Source of the DNA: Escherichia coli
Lineage (GTDB): Bacteria; Pseudomonadota; Gammaproteobacteria; Enterobacterales; Enterobacteriaceae
Strand: one strand, 5' to 3'
NCBI RefSeq assembly: GCF_013122565.1
Contig: NZ_CP053258.1
Length of the DNA: 64,000 nucleotides
Shown here: one piece after another, positions 20,179-30,861 of the stretch
Layout: every line of letters begins with the position of its first letter
How positions within the stretch are numbered: position 1 is the first letter of the stretch
Made by a program: the position numbers and the translations under genes
The notes under the pieces: model-generated
What the model saw: the letters and a program-made list of their open reading frames with translations, nothing else
What the model was told of the DNA's origin: nothing
The model's database searches: none

Positions 20179-21993
20179 CTACTCTCCCTGTTGTCTGGCT
20201 GACGGCAGTTTGGCCGCTTTATTAACGTCATACCACCAGGTATCGATACCCAGGCTGTAAACAGGGCGTACAGCGGGTTGGGAGAATTTATCCCACCAGG
20301 CGAGACGGTCTTCCGCCATGTACCACATTGGCAGCATGTAATAATTCCACGTTAATACGCGATCCAGTGCTCGCCCCAACGGCAGTAATTTTTCTTTATT
20401 TCCCTGCGCGGCAATAATTTGGTTGATCAGCGAGTCGATAACCGGGCTTTGCACGCCGGGGGCATTATAAGTGGAATTGATATATTCCGATGACCAGGAA
20501 ATCTGTAAATCGGAACTGGGCCACGGCATCGCCCGCCATAGGCGCGGCATCATGTCATAGTCGCGACTGCGCATGCGGTTGGTGATTTGCGAGTTATCCA
20601 CTTTGCGAATGTCCATGTTGATACCCAGCCGTTGCAGGCTGTGCTGGAACGGCAATACCCACTGACTATTGCTGCTTGCGGGAAGCAATAATTCAAAGCT
20701 GAGCGGCTGACCCGTTGTGGCATTAACGCGTTGCTGACCCTTCAGCACCCAGCCCGCTTCGTTGAGAAGTTTGTCGGCTTTTAACAGGTTGTCACGATCG
20801 TAGCCATCGCCTTTGGATACCGGCGGCTGGTAGATTTGTGTGAAGACTTCTGGCGGTAGATCTTTTTTCATTGGTGCCAGAAGCACCAGCTCCGCGGCGT
20901 CGGGGTAATTTCTGGCCGCGTATTCGGTATTCTGAAAATAACTGTTTGTGCGACTCCAGGCATTGTAAAACAACGCCTTGTTCATCCATTCAAAGTCAAA
21001 GGCGAGAGTGATTGCTTCCCGCACCCGGCGATCGCTGAATACTGGACGTTGGATATTAAACGCCAGCCAGCGCGTATCCTGGGCTGATTCGTTCTTTTGC
21101 TCATCTTTGATGATGTATTTTTTATCGAAATTTTTACCGGTATAACGCGTGGCCCAGTTTTTAGCGTCGTTTTCCATACGCAAATCAAAGGCACCTGCTT
21201 TAAACGCTTCAAAGGCGACATTATCATCGAGGTAATAATCGTAGCGAATGGTGTCGAAATTCCAGCGTCCACGGTTTACCGGTAAGTTTGCTGCCCAGTA
21301 ATCTTTCACGCGGGAATAGACAATATTTTGCCCCATTTTCCAGGACGTGATTTGGTACGGACCACTGGCAAGCGGAGGCGTGGCGAGCGGGTCGCTAAGT
21401 TTGTGATCCTTCCAGTACTTTTCTGGAAATACCGGCAGCGAAAACAGACTCAGCATATCTTCTTTGCCGGGTTTAGCTAACTCAATGCGCACGGTTAACG
21501 GCGCAATGGCTTTGACGGTGGTGCCTTTGTAGACCAGACGAAATTGCGGCACGCCTTCGGTCATAAATTTTTGAAAAGTAAACTCTACATCGCGGGCAGT
21601 AATGGGAGAACCATCATGAAAACGGGCGCGCGGATTAATAGCGACCTCCACCCAGGAATAATCGTCAGCATAGCGTGCGCTTTCGGCAATCAGCGGGTAA
21701 TAACTGCCTGGCTCGTCATCGGAAGTCGTAAATAGCGTGTCGTACAGCTGCTCGGTGCGTGCGCCCGGGTTGCCGCGCAGTGCATAACGGTTGAAATTAT
21801 CGAAGGTGCCGAGGGCTGACAACGTTATCTGCCCCCCTTTTGGCGCGGCGGGGTTCACATAATCAAAATGGTTGAAATTAAACGCGTACCGGGGTTCGCC
21901 CAGCACGGCAAAGGCATAGCTTTCCTTGATAGCCTGCGCCTGCGCACCAAAGGTGAACAGAGCGATAAACAGCAGCAGTATGCGCACAATCAT
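20179..21993 (-). CDS. yejA: Periplasmic oligopeptide/microcin C-binding protein YejA (ABC substrate-binding)
   Basis: About 604 aa with signal peptide (…[14 protein letters not shown]), family-5 solute-binding protein; exact start (21993 versus 21999) is uncertain. Confidence 0.85.
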
Positions 21994-22074
21994 CTGCAAC
22001 GGATTTCCTTTTACTCATCATTAGCCGCAATCCGGCATGCTTTCACTATGAATAATAAGGGACGTAAGCACACC

Positions 22075-23631
22075 TTACCACTGCGGCGTATACGGTTTCT
22101 TCAGCCAGCGAACAAAATCGTCCAGCGGTAACGGGCGACTAATCCAGTAGCCTTGCATGAAATTAACGCCGCGTTCGCTTAGCCATCGCGCCTGTTCCGG
22201 CGTTTCGACCCCTTCAGCAACCGTCAGCATATTGAGGCGTTTCGCCAGCGTCAGCACCGCGTCAAGTACGGGGGAAGTGATCGTTTCCGTACCGATGGCG
22301 TTGATAAATCCACGGTCAATTTTCAGATAATCGAGCGTAAAACGCTCAAGATAGATAAGCGCGCTGTGCCCGGTGCCGAAGTCATCAATAGCAATTTCTA
22401 CGCCGACCGAGTGCAGCCAGGCGAAGAGTTGTGTGGCTTCTTGCTCTTTCAGCATATCGCGCTCGGTAATTTCCAGCACAATCTGGAAATGGTGTGCGGG
22501 CAGGGAAGTGAGCAGTTTCTGGATATCTGCTTTAAAGCTTTCGCTGTGCAGATGGTCCGGCGCAATGTTAATACCAAATTTGACGCCTACTGGCAGCACT
22601 TTTTCTAATTCTGCGGCATCGCGGGCAATTAACTCAAACAGGTGCTGAGTCAGCGGCACAATCATCTTTTGCGATTCGGCAAAGTTAATGAAGGCATCCG
22701 GGGGTATTTCTCCCGCGACAGGATGCCGCCAGCGTAGCAGTACTTCCAGGCCCGTTACTCGCAAAGATTGTGTATCCACCACCGGTTGATACGCCACGTA
22801 AAATTGTTCGCGCTTGATGGCGGTCATGATTTCTCTGCCGGGGCGCATACGTACGCTCATCAGGTAATAGCAGAGCAGGCCAACGACAGTTCCACTCATG
22901 CCGCCCAGTAAAAATGCGTACCACACATCGTTCCATGTCCAGTCATCTGCATAAAGCCGAACGGTCAGAGGAATGCCCGCAATTTTAGTTTCACGGACCG
23001 GCATGTCGGTTAATTCATTAACGTTCATCAAACGTGAAGAAAAGGTAGATAGCGCAGTATTGCCAATAATGAGGGCGACGCCATCGTAATCTTCCTGCCG
23101 TGAACTATAAAAGAGTGAAGGCGTCAGGTTGAGATTCAGAGCGGCAAAGACGCCGCTATTTTTCAGCAAAGGGTTGCGATACCAGATGACGATTGCGGGT
23201 TTGTTCGGCACCATCGGCGTGCCGGGTAAGATCGCCATATCGACGTTTTTATTAATGTCGAGCGCAGGAATCAATTCATTGAGTGGAATGTCCATCTCAC
23301 CGGTCGCAGATGAACAGAATGTTTTTTTATCTTTCACCAGCACAAACGTACGGACATTCATGCTAAACGCCGCGCGAGCGGTCAGTTCGGGGTTAGCCTG
23401 CTGGCAGGTATCTAAGGTCAGCGGCTGAAGCCGGTCAGTAGTGGATTTCAGGTCGGCAAAATAGGTATCGAGATACTTTTGTACGTCGGTAATCAGTGTG
23501 TCGTATTTGACTTCGTGCTTATGCCAGGCTACTAAAAACTGAAGGCAGCTCACCAGTATCGCAATCATCACGCCTGCAACAATGCAGGTAAGCAGGAGCT
23601 TACGTCCAGAATTGGGAGCGCGTATGAACAT
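22075..23631 (-). CDS. rtn: EAL-domain c-di-GMP phosphodiesterase-like membrane protein with periplasmic CSS-motif sensor (Rtn)
   Basis: 518-aa ORF with N-terminal TM, periplasmic domain and C-terminal EAL domain (…ELIARD…, EITER). Confidence 0.85.
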   Translation of the reverse strand: MFIRAPNSGRKLLLTCIVAGVMIAILVSCLQFLVAWHKHEVKYDTLITDVQKYLDTYFADLKSTTDRLQPLTLDTCQQANPELTARAAFSMNVRTFVLVKDKKTFCSSATGEMDIPLNELIPALDINKNVDMAILPGTPMVPNKPAIVIWYRNPLLKNSGVFAALNLNLTPSLFYSSRQEDYDGVALIIGNTALSTFSSRLMNVNELTDMPVRETKIAGIPLTVRLYADDWTWNDVWYAFLLGGMSGTVVGLLCYYLMSVRMRPGREIMTAIKREQFYVAYQPVVDTQSLRVTGLEVLLRWRHPVAGEIPPDAFINFAESQKMIVPLTQHLFELIARDAAELEKVLPVGVKFGINIAPDHLHSESFKADIQKLLTSLPAHHFQIVLEITERDMLKEQEATQLFAWLHSVGVEIAIDDFGTGHSALIYLERFTLDYLKIDRGFINAIGTETITSPVLDAVLTLAKRLNMLTVAEGVETPEQARWLSERGVNFMQGYWISRPLPLDDFVRWLKKPYTPQW

Positions 23632-23730
23632 GATTCCGTTAATTTCCTGAAATTACGACAACATTTAAAAGATAACAATGACCGGACTATAGCCTGGATC
23701 AAGACGCGGAAACATCATTTTCTCTGATGA

Positions 23731-23766
23731 ATGAAAACAAAAAAGCACTGCCTAAGCAGTGCTTTC
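23731..23766 (-). terminator. Intrinsic terminator downstream of mepS
   Basis: Hairpin aaagcactgc-ctaa-gcagtgcttt; on the minus strand it is followed by a U-run (ttttgttttc). Confidence 0.6.
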
Positions 23767-23811
23767 AGTTAACTCGTCAGGATAGCCAAGGGATTGCATC
23801 CAAACGGTTTA

Positions 23812-24378
23812 TTAGCTGCGGCTGAGAACCCGGCGTGCTTCGTTGTAACGCTTCTTCCAGTACGGTTCATTCATGCTGGAAATAATAACACCACTGCTGG
23901 TGGAAGCATGGACAAACTGATTGTTGCCGATATAAATACCGACATGGCGTCCTGTTGAACCGGCACGGAACAGAACTAAATCACCCGTACGCAAATTACT
24001 GCGAGAAACAGATTTACCCATTTCCTGCTGTTCGTAAGTCGAACGCGGAAGTTCTAAGCCAAATTGCTCACGGAATGTACGCTGTACGAAACCAGAACAA
24101 TCGATACCTTTTTTAGTGCTGCCGCCCAGACGATAGCGTACGCCTTTCCAGTCAGCATACTGATCCATAATTCGCGATTTTACGTCGACATTACGAACCA
24201 GGTTTTCAAATTCATCCTGAGAAGCTTGCAGTGATGATGTTTCACTACCCACTGCACGTGTCTCAGGATGCATATTCTTTGCGGTGTTATTTGCACTACA
24301 TGCAGAAAGCAGAACCGCTACTGCAATCGCGGGGATCCCGCGCAAGATATATCTCAAAATCGGTTGAGATTTGACCAT
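23812..24378 (-). CDS. mepS: Peptidoglycan DD-endopeptidase/LD-carboxypeptidase lipoprotein MepS (Spr), NlpC/P60 family
   Basis: 188-aa ORF with lipoprotein signal (LSAC) and NlpC/P60 catalytic core (DCSGFV…H). Confidence 0.9.
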
Positions 24379-24789
24379 GTTGTTTGTTTTCCCTTGAAGT
24401 CCTTAACGACAAATATCGTTATAAAAAAATGCCAAGCGACACGAGACTAATTACCTGGGCATGTTGAAACAATTCCTTAAGGCCAAATCTGTGGACTAAC
24501 GCACAAAATTATATGCTGTGAGGATAATCTACCGCCGAGGCAAAACGAGTTCGAGATTACCCGATTGGTGCGGTCTTGGCGAGCGGTTTTACATGATTTT
24601 TTATAAGAAAAAGTGATACAGAAAGTTAATAAGCGGGATTGGTCAATTAAAGTACGATTGAGTGAAACGCATGCAATCCATTCATTTACTTAGAGAATGA
24701 TTTTTGCTTTCGATGGATGAAAGCACGGTGCGCATCATCAGGATTATCCTCACTATAAAAATAAACCTGATGATGTTAATTACTGTGAG

Positions 24790-25503
24790 TTATTTGTTTT
24801 GGAAATGTTTGTTTTTTCCCGGTAGTGATTTGTCAAAAAAGGTGATTAATCGATCACTTAATGGCGTCAGCAACACCCAGGGCAAACCGATCAATATCAC
24901 GGTCATCGAACCGACAATGATGTCAGTAAACCAGTGTGCGCCAATCATTACTCTGGGAAACGCAAAAACCACAAAAATAATAAGGGCGATAAGACCTGCA
25001 GCTTTGCCGAAATAACGCCACATGAATGCCGAAAAAATAAGCAGCATCATGCCGTGATCGCCGGGAAAGCTATCTCGTGAGGCATCTTTCGTGGGGACAG
25101 AGAGCAGTTCGCTGACGCGGTTAATATCGGTAAAAGTCAATGTTGGGCTGGCCCGTTTTACTGGAATTAATGCCTGACCCAGCTGGTTTAATACCACTGC
25201 AGTTAATAGCATGACCAGACCAATAATCACGATACGTCGTCTACCTGGAGCGTTTTCTTTCAGCCAGAAACTCAGCATCAACATTCCCATCGCCAGCAGT
25301 GAACAACCGTCGAAAGCGCGATTGTTGGTCAATGCAACCAGCCATAAAAAGGCCTTACTTTCGACCAGTTTCTGATTAAAGAAATAAAAAATATCCGCAT
25401 CAATCGGCAACCAGAACCCATGATTAACGGGAATATACCAGGAAAGAAACAGCGCGAGGCCGACAATATTCAACAACACTATTTGCGGCAAATTTTTAAT
25501 CAT
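24790..25503 (-). CDS. lpxT: Lipid A 1-diphosphate synthase LpxT (PAP2 family)
   Basis: Translation MIKNLPQIVLLNIVGLALFLSWYIP…; PAP2 membrane phosphatase fold; start trimmed to give 237 aa. Confidence 0.85.
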   Translation of the reverse strand: MIKNLPQIVLLNIVGLALFLSWYIPVNHGFWLPIDADIFYFFNQKLVESKAFLWLVALTNNRAFDGCSLLAMGMLMLSFWLKENAPGRRRIVIIGLVMLLTAVVLNQLGQALIPVKRASPTLTFTDINRVSELLSVPTKDASRDSFPGDHGMMLLIFSAFMWRYFGKAAGLIALIIFVVFAFPRVMIGAHWFTDIIVGSMTVILIGLPWVLLTPLSDRLITFFDKSLPGKNKHFQNK

Positions 25504-25541
25504 ATTTTCTCTAATTATCTTACTGAAAAACGCAGGCAACC

Positions 25542-26528
25542 TTACGCGGTAGTCGCTAAACGAAGCTTCAACAGCGCGCTCTGCAAGGCATTCCAGTCAG
25601 CTTCGCTGCTGGAAATCAGCTCAATACGACTGTCCGGTGGCGCAACGTTTTGCGTTTCAATGTGCAGGTCATCGCCCTGACGGTTGATTCGCACCAGCCC
25701 TTCGGGAATACGCAGCACGCCTTTGACGCGTTCCACCGGTGCAAGTCGCGCCCATTCCAGAATTCCAATGGTGTCGAATACCGTATCAGCGTCGAATATC
25801 CAGCCGCAGGCCTGATATCCTTGCCCGCTGTTCAGACTGCGACGCCAGCGTTGGTGCTCTGGCAGGCTTAACGCTGCTAACCCTTTTTTCACGCCATGCT
25901 GATGAGAATGCGCGGCGCTGGCGGGCAACTCGGCTAAATTGCGACGCGGCAAATCCAGAAGATGACCGTCAACTTTCCCATGCTCACTGTGAATTAATTG
26001 CCGATCGCCACCATTTTGCTGCCACCAGCGCTGTAGCGCTTGCTCACTTTCGGGCGTCGCACGGTCGGATTTATTGGCGACAATAATGTCTGCGGCAGCC
26101 AGCTGGTCACGGAAGTTTTCATTGCTGGCGCTTTTTTCGTCCAGCAGCAGGCGTGGATCGAGAATGCACAACGTGGCGCGTAGATCTATCCACGGTTCAT
26201 AGACTGGCGCGGTTAAGAGATCGAGGATCTGTTTCGGATGGCCCAGCCCGGTCGGCTCTATCAACAAGCGGTCTGGTTTTCCCTGACGCAGTAAGGTATT
26301 CAACCCTACCTGCATGGGTAAACCATTAACGCAGCACATGCAGCCGCCGGGGATCTCTTTCAGCAATGCGCCGCTATCGGCGAGCAAAGCACCATCAATT
26401 CCGACTTCCCCAAATTCATTAACCAGTACCGCCCATTTTTCGTTGGGATCTTTATGGGCTAACAGATGAAGAATCGACGTAGTTTTCCCGCTGCCGAGAA
26501 AACCGGTGATGAGGTTGGTCCTGGTCAC
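25542..26528 (-). CDS. yeiR: CobW/COG0523-family GTPase (zinc metallochaperone-like) YeiR
   Basis: 328-aa ORF with P-loop GFLGSGKTT and CxCC motif (GGCMCC). Confidence 0.85.
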   Translation of the reverse strand: MTRTNLITGFLGSGKTTSILHLLAHKDPNEKWAVLVNEFGEVGIDGALLADSGALLKEIPGGCMCCVNGLPMQVGLNTLLRQGKPDRLLIEPTGLGHPKQILDLLTAPVYEPWIDLRATLCILDPRLLLDEKSASNENFRDQLAAADIIVANKSDRATPESEQALQRWWQQNGGDRQLIHSEHGKVDGHLLDLPRRNLAELPASAAHSHQHGVKKGLAALSLPEHQRWRRSLNSGQGYQACGWIFDADTVFDTIGILEWARLAPVERVKGVLRIPEGLVRINRQGDDLHIETQNVAPPDSRIELISSSEADWNALQSALLKLRLATTA

Positions 26529-26645
26529 AACGGCTCCGCAATACTCTGATAAGTTAACTGAGCGTTAATCCTGGCTAAAAACGGCAGAAAAGAGAAGGGG
26601 AGAGCGGACGAAGGCGAGCTTCATCCGCTTTAACCGCAGAAATCG

Positions 26646-28112
26646 TTAAATTTTGAGGGTGTTTAATAGCGCCTGATGTGCGCCGAATTGTACGATTTGT
26701 TGCCAGGCTTGTTCGATGGCCTGCACAAAATGCGGGTTATCTGGCAGATCATCACCGAAAACTTCACGCAGGGAAAGCAGGGCGGTGACGCGTTGCTCAC
26801 TGCTGCTGCCCGCAACAAGATCGCGAATTTTATCGCTAAGCGGATCGCGAACATCAATGGCATTTCCGGCATCATCAACGCCGCTGACGTAACGCATCCA
26901 GCCTGCAACGCCTAATGCCAGCAACGACCAGTCCGTTTCGCGCCCCAGATGTATGCGAATACCTGCCAGCATACGTTGCGGTAATTTCTGGCTGCCATCC
27001 ATCGCGATTTGCCAGGTCTTATGTTTCAGCGCCGGATTAGCAAAACGTGCAATTAACTTATCCGCATATTGTGTTAAATCGACATCTTTAATTTGCAGTG
27101 TCGGCGCTTGCTCATTCAGCATTAATGTTCTGGCGGCATGGCGAAATGCGCGATCCTGCATGCAATCACTGATATGGGCGAATCCTGAGAGGTAACCCAG
27201 ATAAGCGAGAAAAGAGTGGCTGCCATTAAGCATACGCAGTTTCATCTCTTCCCATGGCAGGACATCATTCACCATTTGTACACCTGCGACTTCCCAGGCA
27301 GGACGCCCAGCGACGAAGTTATCTTCCACCACCCACTGGATAAACGGTTCGCAGCTAATCGCGCAGGGATCATTTACCCCCAGATGCTGGCTGATTTCTG
27401 CCAGTGATTCGGCGGTTGCAGCCGGAACAATGCGGTCGACCATGGTTCCCGGAAAACTGACGTGCTCTTTTATCCACCCGGCGAGTTCTGGCGAACGTTT
27501 TTCTGCCATTCCCAGCACCGCGTTTTTCACCACATGACCATTGTCGGGAATATTGTCGCAGGAGAGCACGGTAAACGGTGTAAGGCCGCGCTCACGGCGG
27601 CGTTTCAGTGCTTCGACGAGAATACCCGGTGCGGAGTGAGGTTCTTCAGGGGTTTGTAGATCGTGAATAATCCGCGGATTGCTGGTGTCGAGTGCACCGG
27701 TGGCCGGGTCAATACAATAGCCTTTTTCGGTAATCGTCAGGGAAACAATTGCCACCTGTGGCTCGCAAAACTTCTCAATAATTGCCGCTAAGGAATCCAG
27801 TTTTGCATTCAGGCATTCGTGAACGGCACCGACAATTATCGCCTGATTGCCGTCCGCCCCTTTCTCCAGCACGGTATATAAATGGTTCTGTGCGCGGAGC
27901 TGGCTCATCAGTTGATCACCGCTGAACAAGCTGATTTCACAGATCCCCCAGTCACCGCCCTGGGCATTCAGCACACGATCGGTCAGTAACGCCTGATGTG
28001 CGCGGTGAAAGGCTCCAAAGCCAAAATGAACGATACGTGATTGCAACTGCTGGCGATCGTAGCGTGGAGCGTGTACATGATGCGGGAGCGTAACGGAGGC
28101 GATTGTATTCAT
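26646..28112 (-). CDS. yeiQ: Mannitol dehydrogenase-family oxidoreductase YeiQ
   Basis: About 488 aa; long-chain mannitol/fructuronate dehydrogenase family N-terminal NAD fold; start could be at 28121 or 28112. Confidence 0.8.
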   Translation of the reverse strand: MNTIASVTLPHHVHAPRYDRQQLQSRIVHFGFGAFHRAHQALLTDRVLNAQGGDWGICEISLFSGDQLMSQLRAQNHLYTVLEKGADGNQAIIVGAVHECLNAKLDSLAAIIEKFCEPQVAIVSLTITEKGYCIDPATGALDTSNPRIIHDLQTPEEPHSAPGILVEALKRRRERGLTPFTVLSCDNIPDNGHVVKNAVLGMAEKRSPELAGWIKEHVSFPGTMVDRIVPAATAESLAEISQHLGVNDPCAISCEPFIQWVVEDNFVAGRPAWEVAGVQMVNDVLPWEEMKLRMLNGSHSFLAYLGYLSGFAHISDCMQDRAFRHAARTLMLNEQAPTLQIKDVDLTQYADKLIARFANPALKHKTWQIAMDGSQKLPQRMLAGIRIHLGRETDWSLLALGVAGWMRYVSGVDDAGNAIDVRDPLSDKIRDLVAGSSSEQRVTALLSLREVFGDDLPDNPHFVQAIEQAWQQIVQFGAHQALLNTLKI

Positions 28113-28289
28113 AGGAGTCACGTCTTAGTAACGATTAATTAACAATGACAGTGTAAAGTTATATGACAGCAATTGAAATTGGTCTGGATTGTTAATGCGA
28201 TGAAGTGTGAGGGCGATCAATCAACGAGTGAATATTGCGGGCGTAAGGTGTTCAGGAAGCGCAAAATAGAAGATTGGTATAATAAATTA

Positions 28290-28320
28290 AAAAAGGGACA
28301 GCCTGAGCTATCCCTTTTCT
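28290..28320 (-). terminator. Putative intrinsic terminator downstream of yeiP
   Basis: Imperfect hairpin agggacagc-ctga-gctatccct flanked by A-run and T-run. Confidence 0.5.
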
Positions 28321-28334
28321 GCATGCGGATGAAG

Positions 28335-28907
28335 TTAGTCAGCACGCCCCATATAACGGCGTTCTTCGATATGGATACGAATTTTTTCGCCCGGGCTTAA
28401 GTATTCTGGTACCTGAATCACCAGACCAGTGCTCAATGTCGCCGGTTTGTTACGGGCGCTGGCAGATGCACCTTTGATGCCTGGTGCGGTTTCAACGATT
28501 TCCAGATCAACGGTCTGCGGCAGCTCAAGCGCCAGCAATTGACCGTCCCAGGTCAGCACCTGCATGTCCGGCATCCCGCCCTCTGGCATAAACAGCAACT
28601 CTTCTTCAATCTGATCTTTGGTGAAGGTATACGGGGTATAGTCTTCTTTATCCATAAAGACATATTCGTTACCATCGACATAGGAGAAGTCAACGTAACG
28701 GCGGGTCAGCGTCACGGTGTCAACGATATCATCACCTTTGAAACGCTCTTCTACTTTCAGCCCGGTACGGACATCAGAAAAACGCATTTTGTACAGCGTA
28801 GCGGCACCGCGGGCAGTGGGCGACTGAATATCAATGTCCTTAACCAGCAGCAGTTTGCCGTTGTAATTCAGTACCATACCTTTTTTAATTTCGTTCGCTC
28901 TTGGCAT
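28335..28907 (-). CDS. yeiP: Elongation factor P-like protein YeiP (EfpL)
   Basis: Translation [26 protein letters not shown]… (190 aa), EF-P fold paralog; the longer ORF in the track is an upstream extension. Confidence 0.85.
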
Positions 28908-29061
28908 CGAAAAATTCCTGTAGTCGAAAATGTCAAAAATATCGCGACAAAGTACTCGCGACGGGCCTTTCGGGCAAGTGGTATTCGCACTTTTGCTGGT
29001 GCAAAAAAGGTGGTACTGTGCGCGCTCATCAATCCGGTGGTTAACCTTAAGAGAACAACGT

Positions 29062-29316
29062 ATGGAATGCCGTCCGGGTTGCGGGGCGTGTTGCACTGCC
29101 CCTTCAATTTCCAGCCCTATTCCCGGTATGCCAGATGGCAAGCCCGCCAATACGCCCTGCATTCAGCTTGATGAACAGCAACGCTGTAAAATTTTCACCT
29201 CGCCACTGCGGCCGAAAGTCTGTGCAGGCTTACAAGCCAGCGCTGAAATGTGCGGTAACTCGCGTCAGCAGGCAATGACCTGGCTTATCGATCTGGAAAT
29301 GCTGACCGCGCCTTAA
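29062..29316 (+). CDS. yeiW: Cysteine-rich small protein YeiW (UPF0153)
   Basis: 84-aa [19 protein letters not shown]… with about 8 Cys; convergent with setB and sharing an overlapping stop (TTAA). Confidence 0.7.
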
Positions 29317-30494
29317 ACATCTTTAATCCGCAGTAAGCAAAACAGAGTGGCGATAATCATCACCATCGCAAACCAGAACACAGCGTGATAATTCCAGATC
29401 TCGGCGACGATGCCCGCCACTGATCCTGCGATGATCCAGCCCACGCGCGACGTGTTGGTATAGAGCGTGGTGGCTGAACCTGCCTGACCGGGCATCAGAT
29501 CCTGAAAATAGAGCATCCCGATGCCGCCCAGAATGCCAATAAAAATAGCATTTAGCAGCTGCAAGCCCAACAGAATGACAGGTGAATGCGCCATCAGCAT
29601 TCCTGCGTAAAAACAGACGCCACCCACGGCAGCAACGCGCATTAAGAAACGCTTACCCAGACGTTTGGCGAAATATCCGGCAATCAACATGGTCGGGATT
29701 TCCAGCCCGGCGGCGGTCCCCATCATCACACCGGCCAGTTTCTCGGGAAGATGGAGTTCGTTGATAATAAATAGCGGCATGTTGATGATGTACAGGCTGT
29801 TCGAGCCCCACATCAATGTACAAATGACAAACAGCAGCAGCGTATTGCGACGGTTACGGCGCGGCGCTTCAAGCGTGCCGGTCGCCAGCGGAAGCTCTTT
29901 TTGCATCGACGGTAAAAACAGCCATACCATCACGCCGCAAACAATAAACGCTACCGCTGCGCTCAGATACATTACCGTAAAGCTGAAACCCATCGCTAAG
30001 GCATAAGCCAGCGGCGGGCCAATGACCCATGCCAGTGAAACCTGAGCGCGTAAAAAAGAGCTGAACATCACCGCTTCACGTCCGGTTTTGTCGGCATGTT
30101 CACGGGCAAGGGCAAACATTTGCGGGTTAGCGGTCGAGCCAAAACTGCTAAGAAAGACGCCAACGAATAGCAAAACAAAGTAGTTGCGATTCCAGGCAAA
30201 AAGGGTGCAGGCCAGCACGCCTAACAGGCAGCAAAAGACAATCAGCGATTTGCGATCGCCGCGCTTATCAGAGCGCCCGGCGAGAAACTGACTTACCAGA
30301 ATCCCAATGACAGCGCTGCCGGTAAAGAAGAATCCCACCATCGCCGGACGGGCATGTACTTCATCGGTAAGAAAAATACTGAGTGTCGGGGTTTGCAGAG
30401 CGCCCGCAATACCGGTGAGAAAGGCAACGATTAAAAACGCCGTCGAGGTCAGGTCAAACGATTTCGCGCTGGAGACTGCGGGGGAGTTATGCAT
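29313..30494 (-). CDS. setB: MFS sugar efflux transporter SetB
   Basis: 393-aa, 12-TM MFS protein; conserved position upstream of fruB, divergent. Confidence 0.85.
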
Positions 30495-30759
30495 GCTGGT
30501 CGATCACTGGAAGAGGAAGACGCGGAGTTTACGCTGCTTGTCAGAAAATAAACAGACAGCGAAATCAAAAGCGCCACGAATAATCAAAATGCCATTTCAC
30601 TGTTGCTGATTTGCTGCTGACGCTGCTGAAATGAAATTGCTGATAACGGATTTTCCCATCAGCAATTAGGAAAAATGACAAAAAATTGTGCAGCACATCA
30701 AACTTTCGCTCATAACTTTACGGCATTCCTTGCGTGCAGAAACAGAAGTATTATGCTTT

Positions 30760-30775
30760 CTTGAAACGTTTCAGC
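30760..30775. promoter_or_regulatory. Cra (FruR) operator O1 in the fruBKA promoter
   Basis: Near-perfect palindrome cTTGAAACGTTTCAgc matching the Cra consensus (TGAAACGTTTCA). Confidence 0.65.
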
Positions 30776-30826
30776 GCGATCTTGTCTTTAACCCTAAGCC
30801 AGGTTGGCGCTTTTTTTCTCATAGAG

Positions 30827-30847
30827 GCTGAATCGTTTCAATTCAGC
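30827..30847. promoter_or_regulatory. Cra (FruR) operator O2 in the fruBKA promoter/leader
   Basis: Palindrome GCTGAATCGTTTCAATTCAGC located 15 nt upstream of the fruB ATG. Confidence 0.6.
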
Positions 30848-30861
30848 AAGAGAGGAGAACT

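Noticed and set aside
24440-24700. Possible small RNA in the 410-bp mepS-lpxT intergenic region
   Set aside because: No clear promoter plus terminator pair could be identified by eye; left uncalled.
28275-28283. Perfect extended -10 element TGGTATAAT in the yeiQ-yeiP intergenic region
   Set aside because: No convincing -35 and the only nearby downstream structure is the yeiP terminator about 10 nt away; probably a chance match in AT-rich DNA, although a short sRNA cannot be excluded without RNA-seq.
28539-29171. 210-aa ORF antisense to yeiP and overlapping yeiW
   Set aside because: Overlaps two conserved genes; no ribosome-binding site or domain signature.
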